Shown here one piece after another: positions 47,945-59,243 of a stretch of DNA of 64,000 bases. The DNA comes from Polyangiaceae bacterium (GTDB taxonomy: Bacteria > Myxococcota_A > Polyangia > Polyangiales > Polyangiaceae), in contig JANRKO010000023.1 in the NCBI GenBank assembly GCA_033763455.1, positions 224,001-288,000 of the forward strand. Reading direction: 5' to 3'. The first letter of the stretch is position 1, and the number at the start of each line of letters is the position of its first letter. The notes below the pieces were generated by a model that was not told the origin of the DNA, made no database searches, and saw nothing but the letters and a program-made list of their open reading frames with translations. Both the position numbers and the translations under genes were made by a program.

Positions 47945-48895
47945 ATGGCGCATGTCCTCAGCTTTGAACAACCGGTCGTTGACCTCATCACTCGAGTGAG
48001 AGACCTGCGGCAGCTCGCAGAGCAAGATCAGACATTGAATCCCGAGCTTTCACGGCTTGAAGAGAAGGCGCACAAGCTCGCGCGCGAGATGTTCAGCAAC
48101 CTTGCGCCTATCAACAAGGTGCAGCTTTCGCGGCATCCTCAACGCCCGTATTCGCTCGATTACATTCGACGTCTGTTTGAAGACTGGTCCGAATTGCATG
48201 GTGATCGACGCTTTGCCGAAGATCATGCGATTGTAGGAGGGCTGGGGCGCTTTCATGGACGAAGCGTTATGGTGATTGGCCATCAAAAGGGCCGAACCAC
48301 CAAAGAGAACATGCATCGCAACTTCGGCATGCCCAATCCCGAGGGCTATCGCAAAGCCATCCGCCTTTACGAGATGGCTGATCGCTTTGGGCTCCCTATC
48401 ATCACGTTCGTAGACACTCCAGGTGCCTTCCCCGGCATCGGCGCCGAAGAGCGCGGGCAAAGCGAGGCCATTGCGGCAGCTCTTGAAGTAATGTCCAAGG
48501 TGGGGGTGCCCATCATCACGACGGTGATTGGCGAGGGTGGCTCGGGGGGTGCTTTGGCCCTCGCAGTAGCCAATCGGGTGCTGATTTTGGAATTTAGCTA
48601 CTATTCGGTGATATCGCCCGAGGGTTGCGCAGCCATCCTGTGGAAAAGCGCGGAGCATGCGGGGCTCGCCGCAGAGAGGCTCAAGATCACCGCTCCAAAC
48701 CTACTCGATCTGGGCGTGGTGGATCAGATTGTGGAAGAGCCGGCTGGGGGAGCTCACCAAGACCACGATCAAGCAGCTCAGAAGCTCGACGCGGCATTAC
48801 TGGACTCGCTGCGATCCCTGGAGTCGCTCTCGCCCGATCAGCTCCGCGACCACCGCTACCAACGCTTTCGCAAGCTCGGATCTTTCGTCGCCTAG
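47945..48895 (+). CDS. accA: Acetyl-CoA carboxylase carboxyltransferase alpha
   Basis: RHPQRP, ELHGDR, GMPNPEGYRKA, DTPGAFPG, GEGGSGGAL, SVISPEGCA. Confidence 0.97.
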   Translation: MAHVLSFEQPVVDLITRVRDLRQLAEQDQTLNPELSRLEEKAHKLAREMFSNLAPINKVQLSRHPQRPYSLDYIRRLFEDWSELHGDRRFAEDHAIVGGLGRFHGRSVMVIGHQKGRTTKENMHRNFGMPNPEGYRKAIRLYEMADRFGLPIITFVDTPGAFPGIGAEERGQSEAIAAALEVMSKVGVPIITTVIGEGGSGGALALAVANRVLILEFSYYSVISPEGCAAILWKSAEHAGLAAERLKITAPNLLDLGVVDQIVEEPAGGAHQDHDQAAQKLDAALLDSLRSLESLSPDQLRDHRYQRFRKLGSFVA

Positions 48896-48905
48896 CCTCC
48901 CATAG

Positions 48906-50165
<1,260 letters not shown>

Positions 50166-50170
50166 GGCCC

Positions 50171-50197
50171 AAGGGGGCAGCCTCCGGGCTGCCCTTT
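50171..50197 (+). terminator. Intercistronic hairpin between gap and pgk
   Basis: AAGGGGGCAGCC-TCCG-GGCTGCCCTTT. Confidence 0.6.
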
Positions 50198-50218
50198 ACA
50201 GCTTCCCGCAGGGTTCCG

Positions 50219-51415
50219 ATGACAAGCTTCGCAGGCATTCGTTCGATTGAGGAGCTGAACCTTAAGGGAAGGCGCGTATTCATCCGGGTAGATTTTAATG
50301 TTCCCCTCGACAAAGAGTTGCAGGTAACCAACGATGAGCGGATCCGTGCGGCGCTGCCCACGTTGAAGTACGCCGTTGAGCAGGGGGCCAAGGTGATCTT
50401 GGCCTCCCACCTCGGCCGCCCCAAGGGGCGAGATCCGCGCACAAGCCTTGAGCCCGCTGGCGCACGGCTCTCGGAATTAACCGGGTGGGATGTGCTTTTG
50501 CCCGATGATTGCCTCGGGGATGCCGCCAAGAAGGTCGTGCAAGATTGCCGCGAGGGGCAGGTTGTGCTGCTCGAAAACCTGCGTTTTCACGCCGAAGAAG
50601 AAGCGAACGATGAAGGTTTTGCTCGCCAATTGAGCGAGCTCGCAGATGTGTATGTGAATGATGCCTTCGGCTCATCTCACCGAGCGCACGCTTCAGTAGA
50701 TGCGTTGCCCAGGCTCATGAGCGAACGTGGCATGGGCTTTCTGCTCAAGCGTGAGCTTGAGTCCTTGGGTCGAATAACGGGCTTGCCGGAGCGCCCGTTC
50801 GTCGTCATTTTGGGTGGCGCGAAAGTCTCCGATAAGATTAAGGTGATTGAAGAGTTGCTCGGCCGTTGCGACGCGCTCTGCATAGGCGGGGCCATGGCCA
50901 ATACCCTGCTTGCAGCACGCGGCGTGAACCTGCAAGCTTCCCGGATCGAACAGGATTGGTTGGCACGCGGGCGAACGCTCATTGAGCAGGCGCGGGATAA
51001 AGGCGTAGCGCTCCTTCTGCCGACAGATGTTGTGGTGGGCAAACGCCTAGATGATACTCAGGGCGAAGTCGTGAAGGTGGGTGCCATTCCAGCGGGCACC
51101 ATGGCGCTCGACGTCGGGCCCGAGACAGTGGCAGCCTTTTCGGCGCAGATCGCGGGCGCCAAAACGGTGCTCTGGAACGGGCCCATGGGGTACTTCGAAA
51201 ACCTGGCTTTCGCGTCCGGCACCAGCGGGCTTGCCCAAGCGCTGGCCAATTCTTCGGCATTTTCCGTCGTCGGTGGCGGCGATAGCGTAGCCGCCGTTAT
51301 GCAGGCAGGTGACGCCGTGGTCAGCAAAATCGGGCATATCTCCACCGGTGGCGGCGCTTCCCTAGAATTGCTCGAAGGTCGAAAGCTACCCGGCGTGGAA
51401 GCCCTCCGAGCATGA
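50219..51415 (+). CDS. pgk: Phosphoglycerate kinase
   Basis: RVDFNVP, SHLGRP, LENLRF, GGAKVSDK, STGGGASL. Confidence 0.98.
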   Translation: MTSFAGIRSIEELNLKGRRVFIRVDFNVPLDKELQVTNDERIRAALPTLKYAVEQGAKVILASHLGRPKGRDPRTSLEPAGARLSELTGWDVLLPDDCLGDAAKKVVQDCREGQVVLLENLRFHAEEEANDEGFARQLSELADVYVNDAFGSSHRAHASVDALPRLMSERGMGFLLKRELESLGRITGLPERPFVVILGGAKVSDKIKVIEELLGRCDALCIGGAMANTLLAARGVNLQASRIEQDWLARGRTLIEQARDKGVALLLPTDVVVGKRLDDTQGEVVKVGAIPAGTMALDVGPETVAAFSAQIAGAKTVLWNGPMGYFENLAFASGTSGLAQALANSSAFSVVGGGDSVAAVMQAGDAVVSKIGHISTGGGASLELLEGRKLPGVEALRA

Positions 51416-51478
51416 ATATTTTGCCATCGCGCCCATAGCCCTCACCGATCTAGATCCAAAGCCCCAAAAAGGAACCCC

Positions 51479-52234
51479 ATGAGCCGTATCCCCCTTATCG
51501 CAGGTAACTGGAAACTTAATCACGGCGGGGCTAGCGCCTGTGAGCTAGCAGCCAAGGTGGCTGAGGCTGCGAAATCCGCAAAGGGCGTTGAAGTGGTAGT
51601 AGCTCCGCCGTTCACGGCGCTGGCCGCAGTGGCCGAAGAGGTACGCGGCACGCCCGTACAGGTTTCAGCGCAGAACCTCTATCCCAAAGATTCGGGCGCC
51701 TTCACCGGCGAAGTGAGCGCGCCGATGCTGTTAGAGTCTGGTTGCGCTTGGGTCATTCTTGGGCATAGCGAGCGGCGGCAGATCTTCAAAGAGGATGATG
51801 CGCTCGTGAGTGCCAAAACGGCTGCCGCGCTTGCCGCCGGCCTTCGCCCCATCGTGTGCATCGGGGAAACGCTGGAGGAGCGCGAGGCCAACCGAACCCT
51901 GGAAGTGGTATTTCGGCAGATGGATGCCTTCTCCGAGCAACTCAAGGCGAACCCTGGTTTTGGGGTGATTGCCTACGAGCCCGTCTGGGCCATCGGCACG
52001 GGCAAGGTGGCTAGCCCCGAACAGGTTCAGGAAGTGCACGGAGCCATCCGGAGCCGCTTGAAGCAGCTGAGCCCGGAAGTGGCGGAAAAGACCCGCGTTC
52101 TTTATGGCGGCAGTGTAAAGTCCAGCAACGCCAAGGGCCTGTTGAGCCTCCCGGACGTGGATGGCGCCCTCGTTGGGGGAGCTTCCCTCGACGCGGCGGA
52201 TTTCGCCGGTATTATCCAGGCCGCCCAAGGTTGA
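51479..52234 (+). CDS. tpiA: Triosephosphate isomerase
   Basis: AGNWK, GHSERR, AYEPVWAIGTG, YGGSV, LVGGAS. Confidence 0.98.
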   Translation: MSRIPLIAGNWKLNHGGASACELAAKVAEAAKSAKGVEVVVAPPFTALAAVAEEVRGTPVQVSAQNLYPKDSGAFTGEVSAPMLLESGCAWVILGHSERRQIFKEDDALVSAKTAAALAAGLRPIVCIGETLEEREANRTLEVVFRQMDAFSEQLKANPGFGVIAYEPVWAIGTGKVASPEQVQEVHGAIRSRLKQLSPEVAEKTRVLYGGSVKSSNAKGLLSLPDVDGALVGGASLDAADFAGIIQAAQG

Positions 52235-52238
52235 GCCC

Positions 52239-52586
52239 ATGTCCGAACTACTCCGCACTCCTTTCACCGTCGTTCACGTGGTGGCCTGCCTTTTCCTCAT
52301 GCTGGTCATCTTGATCCAGCCCGGCAAAAGCGGCGGCATGGGGGCGTTAACAAGTGGTGCGGCCCAGCAAGTGTTCGGCGGGGGCGGCGCCGGGAATCTA
52401 CTGACCAAGGTGACCTGGATCACCGGCGGCATCTTCTTCATCACGAGCGTGTCGTTGGCTTACATGTCAACCTCGAGCGATTCCTCTCTGGAACGCCGCG
52501 CAGCCGCAGCTCGCAACGCGGGTACATCGAAAGACAAAGCTCCCGCCAAAAAGTCTGAGCCCGAGAAGAAGCCGCCAACGAAGTAG
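52239..52586 (+). CDS. secG: Preprotein translocase subunit SecG
   Basis: VILIQPGKSGGMG...FGG...LTKVT; follows tpiA. Confidence 0.93.
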   Translation: MSELLRTPFTVVHVVACLFLMLVILIQPGKSGGMGALTSGAAQQVFGGGGAGNLLTKVTWITGGIFFITSVSLAYMSTSSDSSLERRAAAARNAGTSKDKAPAKKSEPEKKPPTK

Positions 52587-52593
52587 TTACTTC

Positions 52594-54090
52594 TTGGCCA
52601 AGCTGCGGGATTTCGTCGGAGAACTACGCGGGGGAGCACTCGTCGTAGGAGTAAAACTCGCCGCGAGCTTTGCCGTCGTTCGCGCGGGTTTTGTGGCACT
52701 CAGCGATGATGATTATTCCCGCGTTGTTATTGCGCAACAATTCTCGCTCACGCCGAGCTGGGATCCCAGCGGGACGAGTTGGTTGCCATTTCCGTTTTGG
52801 CTTCAAGGTTCAATATTGCGAGCCTTTTCGCCAAGCTTCGAGCTTTGCCGGGGGGTGAATATTGTTGCCGCCGCGGGCGCACTTTTGGTGCTGTATCTCG
52901 TAGCGCTTCAGATCGGCCTAAAACCAAGGCAAGCGGCTTTGGGAACTACTTTAGCTGGCCTATTGCCCTATTCTCTGCTGCTCGGCGCGGCCACTCCCCC
53001 CGATGGCTTCTGTGCAGCGCTCATAGCAGCCACGATACTATCGCTCCGAAGTGATAAACCAAGCGCACTTCTCACGGGTGCTCTCGCAGCGTTGATCGCC
53101 TCCCTGAGCCGGTATGAGAGTTGGCCGGTCGCACTCGTCTTTGCTGGAGTAGTACTCTGGCGATCCGTTCACGCCCGCCAAGCTCAGCTGTTAGTTCCGC
53201 TCGCACTCGCGCTCGTGGGGCCGCTCGGCTGGATGCTGCATGGCGCACTTCACCACAACAGCGCCTTGTTCTTCGTGACCCGCGTGACCGCGTACCAACA
53301 TGCGTTGGGCGCGACGCTAACAAGCGGCTGGGAAAATGCGCTCCGTACCCCGTTAGCGCTCCTTCGCTTCGAGCCCGAAACTGTACTGCTGCTGCTCGCG
53401 ACGCTCGTGCTCGGGAGAGCCCACCGCATTGCGGAAAAGTCGGGCGATTTTGCTCGCTCCCCAGAAACAGCTGGGCCTGCTCGTTTTTTTGGTTGGGGTT
53501 CAATCCTCGCTGCGGGGGCGCTCATCGTTTTCCTGATGGTCGGGGATATTCGTTCAAGTACGGCGACTCACCACGCCGAACGCACGCTCCTTTCGCTCTG
53601 GATGCTAGCGGCGCTGGCCCTTACGCATGAGCTTTCGCGGTTGTGGGCGAAGCTGAACGCGCCACAGTGGATGCTTTTAGCGGTGGCATTCGTGGTTGGT
53701 GTACTGGCGCGCGTCGAAGGGCCAGGCTTTGGAACCCTGGCACCACGGAACGAGGAGCGCGCTATCGGAACTCTCGCAAGATCTTTAGTTCCAACAGGCG
53801 AGCAGTTAGCCATCTGGACCACCGACTATGGCTACTTCGCGATACAAGCTTCGTTCGCGCGCCCCGGCACCGCGCAGATCCTGGATAGACACGATCCCCG
53901 GACTCCCCACTCGAACAGCCCTGTGCGCAGTGCGAACTTTGGCATCTTCGATCGTTCCCTGCTCCTCGCTGGGGCCCGGGAGCACTGCCTTGCGAAGGAG
54001 CTAGCCGCAAACTCAAAATTCGTCCTGGCCCGGCTCGCCCCTCAGCCTTCCAGGTCGGGCGACACTGACGACCCGCGCTGCTGGCCCTAG
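52594..54090 (+). CDS. Multi-TM GT-C-type glycosyltransferase-like membrane protein
   Basis: SDDD after TM1, WLPFPF, SRYESW; many TM helices. Confidence 0.6.
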   Translation: MAKLRDFVGELRGGALVVGVKLAASFAVVRAGFVALSDDDYSRVVIAQQFSLTPSWDPSGTSWLPFPFWLQGSILRAFSPSFELCRGVNIVAAAGALLVLYLVALQIGLKPRQAALGTTLAGLLPYSLLLGAATPPDGFCAALIAATILSLRSDKPSALLTGALAALIASLSRYESWPVALVFAGVVLWRSVHARQAQLLVPLALALVGPLGWMLHGALHHNSALFFVTRVTAYQHALGATLTSGWENALRTPLALLRFEPETVLLLLATLVLGRAHRIAEKSGDFARSPETAGPARFFGWGSILAAGALIVFLMVGDIRSSTATHHAERTLLSLWMLAALALTHELSRLWAKLNAPQWMLLAVAFVVGVLARVEGPGFGTLAPRNEERAIGTLARSLVPTGEQLAIWTTDYGYFAIQASFARPGTAQILDRHDPRTPHSNSPVRSANFGIFDRSLLLAGAREHCLAKELAANSKFVLARLAPQPSRSGDTDDPRCWP

Positions 54091-54158
54091 GCCGGCCACT
54101 TAGCGAACCGAGCACCCGTTTTCTCGTCCTTTGGGCGCCGGCCAAGTAGGATGCCCGC

Positions 54159-54548
54159 GTGATCGTACGGCTCGCTCGGCAGGCAATTGGCAGCATTGTT
54201 TCTGTCTTTGCCCTGCTTGGCTTTGCTTTCGTACCCCTCGGAGATCAAACGGGCTTTGAGCACGCGAAAGCCATTTTGGCGACGCCCGAAGCCACGCGGG
54301 CGTTTCGCGGGCTTGTCGAACGGTTAGAGGCCGCCAAGGAGCAAGCGTGGAAAGGTAACGACGCCAGAGAGCCCCACGAGCCGCGCACACCGCACCGGCG
54401 CCACCCTGTGGACATGAAGCTTGCGCCTACTCGAGCGGCCGGTGCGCACACGGCGGAGCCTTCACACGCGCCACTTCCTCCCGCGCCGCCCTCAAGCACT
54501 CCCGACGAGAAACGCTCGACGGGCAGCGCTGGCGCCGCTGGAGATTAA
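54159..54548 (+). CDS. Hypothetical protein with N-terminal TM
   Basis: FAFVPLGDQTGFEH; Pro-rich tail. Confidence 0.55.
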   Translation: MIVRLARQAIGSIVSVFALLGFAFVPLGDQTGFEHAKAILATPEATRAFRGLVERLEAAKEQAWKGNDAREPHEPRTPHRRHPVDMKLAPTRAAGAHTAEPSHAPLPPAPPSSTPDEKRSTGSAGAAGD

Positions 54549-54555
54549 CTTTCAA

Positions 54556-55881
54556 TCAAGGAATACGGTGCACGACGGTTGGCCTCCCCAACCCATCTAC
54601 CGGGGCACTATCCGACACGACAAACACCGTGGTGGCTTCGGTGGGAGCTGGCGTTGTGAAGGTGCAGGTATCACGTGGGGGTAAAAATAGCTTAGAAGCT
54701 CCAGTTCCAACGGCATCGGTGGGCGCCCGGTTGTACAGGAGCTGAAGGTTGGCGTCGGTCTCACCCGTGATCGTCAAAAGGCCGGCATTCGTTGCAAATT
54801 CGTCCATATCTCCATCGCCGCGCGTGGAGGTGCCGCTCGAAAGCATCACCACAGTTCCACCCGAACCGACGAAGTTACTGATGGCGGCGGACCAATCCGA
54901 CCCGTTCTGAGCCATACCGCCTACGGGGGCATTCGGCTGATCGTAGACCAGGAACAATTCGTAGTTCAGAACTTTGAGCTGCGACGCAATCAGCGCGTCG
55001 TCAGTCACTGACGTCAGAGAGACAGTGCGCCCGCGCTGACCCGCCGCATAATCAATGGCAGCCGTAGTGCTTGCGATACTGGGTGCGTCGGCATACTTGG
55101 AATAGGCCAGAATTCTAAGAGGGCGCGAGGGCGCCAGATTGCTCAAAGGCAAGAACGCAGCGTTCCCCAGTAAAATCCCAAAGCTTGAGGTCGGCGTTGC
55201 CAGGCGCATGTTGGTGCACATGAGCACAATGTGGCCTGACGCCGCACCGACACATTGCCCCGCCGTGCACAGCCCTGACGGGCACTCTGTAAAACAGTCA
55301 CCGCAGTGCAAGGGATCGGTTTGGGTATCCACGCACGCTTGGGCACAAGTAGTCGAGGGAGCATTGCACACAGGCCCACCGCCACCCGTGCCGCCCATGG
55401 GAGCGCCTCCAGAGCCTGAAGTGCCGGCATTTCCCGCCACGCCGCCAGTTGCCGACATCCCGCCCGAGCCCGCCATGGAAACGCTACCGCCTGCTTCCGT
55501 GCCGCCCGTTTCCGTGCCGGCGCCGCCACCTGAACCGCCCAGATTTAACCCACCCACACCCGCAGCGCCCCCAAGTGGCGACATCCCAGAACTTCCGCCG
55601 GAACTTACCGTACCACCGGCGCCCGCACTCATTGCCCCACCCAACCCAGAAGAATTCAAGCGGCACACACCACGATTGCAGAACTGATCTGCTTCACATG
55701 CCATGCCGCAGGCCCCGCAATTGTCGACATCCTGCGCAAGGTCGATGCATGTGTTGCCACAGCGGCTCAGGCCAGATCGACATTCCCCACCGATGAGGGC
55801 ACCGCTACTACAGGCTCCCGGCAACCCCAATAGGCCCAACAGGAAAACTACCCACATCCAGGTACGAGCGCTTCGAGTCAT
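54556..55881 (-). CDS. Cys-rich repeat lipoprotein with Gly-rich linker
   Basis: Lipobox PGAC; two modules C..C.D...D..(N/H)CG.C...C....C..G.C; alpha/beta C-terminal domain. Confidence 0.75.
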   Translation of the reverse strand: MTRSARTWMWVVFLLGLLGLPGACSSGALIGGECRSGLSRCGNTCIDLAQDVDNCGACGMACEADQFCNRGVCRLNSSGLGGAMSAGAGGTVSSGGSSGMSPLGGAAGVGGLNLGGSGGGAGTETGGTEAGGSVSMAGSGGMSATGGVAGNAGTSGSGGAPMGGTGGGGPVCNAPSTTCAQACVDTQTDPLHCGDCFTECPSGLCTAGQCVGAASGHIVLMCTNMRLATPTSSFGILLGNAAFLPLSNLAPSRPLRILAYSKYADAPSIASTTAAIDYAAGQRGRTVSLTSVTDDALIASQLKVLNYELFLVYDQPNAPVGGMAQNGSDWSAAISNFVGSGGTVVMLSSGTSTRGDGDMDEFATNAGLLTITGETDANLQLLYNRAPTDAVGTGASKLFLPPRDTCTFTTPAPTEATTVFVVSDSAPVDGLGRPTVVHRIP

Positions 55882-57521
55882 GGGTGCTCTCCTTCGGGGT
55901 GATTGACTCCGGAGTGATCGCCTTCGGGAGCAGCTTCGGGGTGATCACCTTCTGGGGTTTCTTCGGACATTTCGGGGGATTTTTCGTCAGTTCCCGCAGG
56001 CGCAGGGGCCTCCGCTGCTGCGGCTCCTGCTGCTGCTGGCAAAGCGACGGGAGGGGCTGGTTCGGCTGGGCCATCAGGAGCCCCCGCAGCGGGTTTGCCC
56101 TCGGGTGCGGATGCTGCAGGCACCTGTGTGGCCGGTGTTGCCACAGGTTGTGTTTCTGGCAACGGGCGCCGCGTGATGCGGAATTCCACGCGGCGATTCA
56201 TCCACATCGCGTATTCGGAAGTGCCCTCCACGAGAGGCTGCTCTTCGCCGAAGCCGCGGAAGCTCAAGCGCCACATTTCTACGCGGTTATCGATGAGCAC
56301 TTTCATCACCTGCTCAGCCCGCCGCTCGCTCAAGGGCTTGTTGTACGAGTCTGGTCCACGGCCGTCGGTGTGGCCCTCAACCTCAATGTGAATGTACTCA
56401 GGGTGCGCGATGATGAGCTTGGCGATCCGAGCCAAAAGCGGGAGGCTTTCGCGCCGTATCAAGTGGCTATTTTTCCAGAAATGCACTCGATCATCGAGTA
56501 CAATGAGGTCGCCAGTTACTCGAATATCTTGATCATCCGGGCAGCCATCAGCGTCCGCGTAACCATTCACCGTTTCGGCTTCGTTCGGGCACTGATCTGT
56601 AGCGTCAGCGATCCCATCCTGATCGTTGTCTGGCTCGGGACAACCGTCAGCATCCTCAAATCCATCTTTATCTTCGGCTTCGAGCGGGCACTTGTCCTTG
56701 GCGTCTGGGATTTCGTCCCGATCGTTATCTAGCTCTGGGCAACCATCTGCATCTTCGAACCCGTCTTTGTCTTCGGGTGAAGCGGGGCATTTGTCGATAG
56801 CATCAGGCAGGCCGTCTTGGTCGTTATCCAGATCTGGACAGCCGTCTTGATCTTCGAATCCGTCCACGTCTTCGGCGTGGTCTGGGCAGCGATCGATGTC
56901 GTCGCCAATACCATCGTGATCGCGATCGCTCGCTGCCAACACGTCTTGGCTATTGTACGCAGCGTGCACGCCCACCAAAAAGATGCTGGCATCATCCGGC
57001 CGAAGGGCGCTATTTGGCTGAAAAATATGCACATACCCGAGAGTTGGGCCGATGCCAAATTGGCTGGTGAGCTGTACGTCGTAGCCAAGGTTGAAGTTTA
57101 GCGTTGGCCCCAGCAAGTCTTTGGTACTCGTGCCGCCGCCTCCTGCCGATAACCACAAGCCGCTCAGCGCTGACCGAGCGGCAGCATCTTCTTTTGCGAA
57201 AGGGTAAGCACGAAGCGCGAGCGCGACCGAGGTCCCAGAAGCTGCGCGTTCCCGCTTTATGCCAGGATCCTTTGGGGCGTGGCCCTGCGACAAAAAGAGC
57301 CCCCCTGCTTCGAGCTCAAGCCCAAGCTGAGGGAAGAGTGGCATCTCGGCAGCCCCAAAGACGCCCATGCCCCAACCAAATTCGTGCGCCTGGTGTCCCC
57401 GCACAGCACGCGCACCGTCGAGCGTTAAGTGGTAACGAAGTGCTTGAGCCTTCGCACCGCGAGGCACCACCCCGAGCGCAGCCCAGCAAATCAAACCGTA
57501 AAGCAGCGTGCGTGCTCTCAT
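55878..57521 (-). CDS. OmpA-family protein: N-terminal beta-barrel, thrombospondin type-3 repeats, OmpA_C (TraB-like architecture)
   Basis: Repeated CP..EDxDGFEDxDGCP; IEVEGHTD, LSERRA, NRRVEF. Confidence 0.9.
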   Translation of the reverse strand: MRARTLLYGLICWAALGVVPRGAKAQALRYHLTLDGARAVRGHQAHEFGWGMGVFGAAEMPLFPQLGLELEAGGLFLSQGHAPKDPGIKRERAASGTSVALALRAYPFAKEDAAARSALSGLWLSAGGGGTSTKDLLGPTLNFNLGYDVQLTSQFGIGPTLGYVHIFQPNSALRPDDASIFLVGVHAAYNSQDVLAASDRDHDGIGDDIDRCPDHAEDVDGFEDQDGCPDLDNDQDGLPDAIDKCPASPEDKDGFEDADGCPELDNDRDEIPDAKDKCPLEAEDKDGFEDADGCPEPDNDQDGIADATDQCPNEAETVNGYADADGCPDDQDIRVTGDLIVLDDRVHFWKNSHLIRRESLPLLARIAKLIIAHPEYIHIEVEGHTDGRGPDSYNKPLSERRAEQVMKVLIDNRVEMWRLSFRGFGEEQPLVEGTSEYAMWMNRRVEFRITRRPLPETQPVATPATQVPAASAPEGKPAAGAPDGPAEPAPPVALPAAAGAAAAEAPAPAGTDEKSPEMSEETPEGDHPEAAPEGDHSGVNHPEGEHP

Positions 57522-57653
57522 CTCTCGTTGAGACAGACAACGGCCAGGGGGGTCGAAAGCTTAATCGGCCCTAATTTCGCGGGTTCGGGCCGGGCAAAAC
57601 CGCCTCGGAGCCGAAGGCGCCCTTACGAACGCCGGGGCCACGATTCGGCGGCT

Positions 57654-58823
57654 TTAGCCTCCATTACGTAAGCGAGCGACACCCCGCTCAAGCCGTTCGG
57701 CCGCAAGGTCAACATCTTCTTCCGTGGTGAAACGGCCGATGCCGAGGCGAATCGAACAAGCCGCGTCCTCCACAGACAAACCTAGGGCACCAAGAACGTG
57801 ACTTGGCAGAGGTCGATTCGAACTGCAAGCCGCGCCGCTTGAGATCGCCAGGAGCGGAAGCGCCGCCATCAGCGCATCGGCACGCACCCGGGCGATGAGC
57901 AAATTGAGATTGCCCGGCAAGCGACGCTCCAGCTCTCCGTTGACCGAAATGCCAGAAATATTAGCCGAAAGACGCGCCCAAAGCCGATCGCGCAGCGCAC
58001 GCACACGTTGATTCTCTTCTTCGCGTTCAGCCGCAGCAAGCTCAGCGGCCACGCCCATTCCAACGATCCCCGGGACATTGAGCGTGCCCGCACGCAACCC
58101 AAGCTCATGCCCGCCACCTAAAACCTGCGAAACAAGCCGCACTGGGCTGCCATGACGCCGCACATAGAGCGCGCCCGTGCCCTTGGGCCCGTAAAACTTA
58201 TGGGCAGAAAGCGACACCAGATCGAGCTTAGACTGCTCAACTTGAATCGGCACGGCGGAAAGTGCCTGCGCGGCGTCCGTGTGAAAGATCGCACCGCGTG
58301 CGCGACATAGCTCCCCAAGCTCTGAAATGGGCTGCAGCGTTCCCACTTCGTTATTTGCGGCCATAACCGAGACCAAGATAGTGTCCGCGCGAAAAGCACG
58401 TTCGACCTCCGCTACTTCGACAATGCCGTTCGCAGGCACCCGCACCTGCGTTACGGAAAACCCTTCGCGCACGAGTGCGTCACAAGGTTCCAACACAGCA
58501 TGATGCTCGATACTGGTAGTAATAATGTGACCCCTAGATGCGCCCGTGGTCTTCGCATACGCCAAAGCCACCCCACGCAACGCCAGGTTATTACTTTCCG
58601 TGGCCCCCGAAGTAAAAATGACTTCCGCTGCCTCTTCAGCGCCAATCGCCGCGCGCACGCGCTCCCGAGCTTCGGCCACGGCCCCCTCTGCAGCCCACCC
58701 GAAGGCGTGGGCACGGCTAGCCGCATTGCCGAAGTGCTCCGAAAAATAAGGCAGCATCGCCTCCACCACACGCGGATCGGTGGGCGTCGTCGCTTGATGA
58801 TCGAGGTAGACAGCCCGCTTCAC
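57654..58823 (-). CDS. iscS: Cysteine desulfurase (IscS/NifS)
   Basis: YLDHQATTP, FTSGATESNN, HTDAAQ, SAHKFYGPKG, SSGAACSS. Confidence 0.93.
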   Translation of the reverse strand: MKRAVYLDHQATTPTDPRVVEAMLPYFSEHFGNAASRAHAFGWAAEGAVAEARERVRAAIGAEEAAEVIFTSGATESNNLALRGVALAYAKTTGASRGHIITTSIEHHAVLEPCDALVREGFSVTQVRVPANGIVEVAEVERAFRADTILVSVMAANNEVGTLQPISELGELCRARGAIFHTDAAQALSAVPIQVEQSKLDLVSLSAHKFYGPKGTGALYVRRHGSPVRLVSQVLGGGHELGLRAGTLNVPGIVGMGVAAELAAAEREEENQRVRALRDRLWARLSANISGISVNGELERRLPGNLNLLIARVRADALMAALPLLAISSGAACSSNRPLPSHVLGALGLSVEDAACSIRLGIGRFTTEEDVDLAAERLERGVARLRNGG

Positions 58824-59008
58824 AGTCCTTCGGCCCAGCGTGAACGCCGCCGACGGCGAGTGCAAGGCTCACGCGGCCCACCCTCCGCTGCCGAAATGCC
58901 CAAGCCGCGCAGACTTAATTCGCCTACGCGGCGAACCTCTTGCACGATTTGGCCAGTTTTACGCTGGTTTCACGAAATCCGCACCCCGGCAAAACTCGCA
59001 GCTGGCGC

Positions 59009-59036
59009 TTGACACATCAAGGCCGATGACTATGGT
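59009..59036 (+). promoter_or_regulatory. Sigma70 promoter of the tRNA
   Basis: TTGACA-N16-TATGGT, 12 nt upstream of the tRNA. Confidence 0.65.
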
Positions 59037-59048
59037 GACGCTCCTTGT

Positions 59049-59122
<74 letters not shown>

Positions 59123-59128
59123 CTGAAT

Positions 59129-59169
59129 AAAAACGCGGAGGTAGCTCACACCGAGCCCTCCGCGTTTTT
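59129..59169 (+). terminator. Rho-independent terminator after tRNA
   Basis: AAAAACGCGGAGG...CCTCCGCGTTTTT. Confidence 0.85.
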
Positions 59170-59243
59170 CGTTTGTTGGGGCACGCGGTGAGAGGCGGCC
59201 GCGGCTTGCACTGCTGGCACCTACCGCGCCAACATGGCTAGCC

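Noticed and set aside
52587..52600. tRNA-Leu often found after secG
   Set aside because: The next CDS starts immediately; no cloverleaf
55884..56732. 282-aa plus-strand ORF with a Cys run
   Set aside because: Antisense shadow of the Ala/Pro-rich OmpA tail
56530..56930. Periodic DNA repeats as a possible CRISPR
   Set aside because: Degenerate in-frame coding TSP3 repeats; no unique spacers or cas genes
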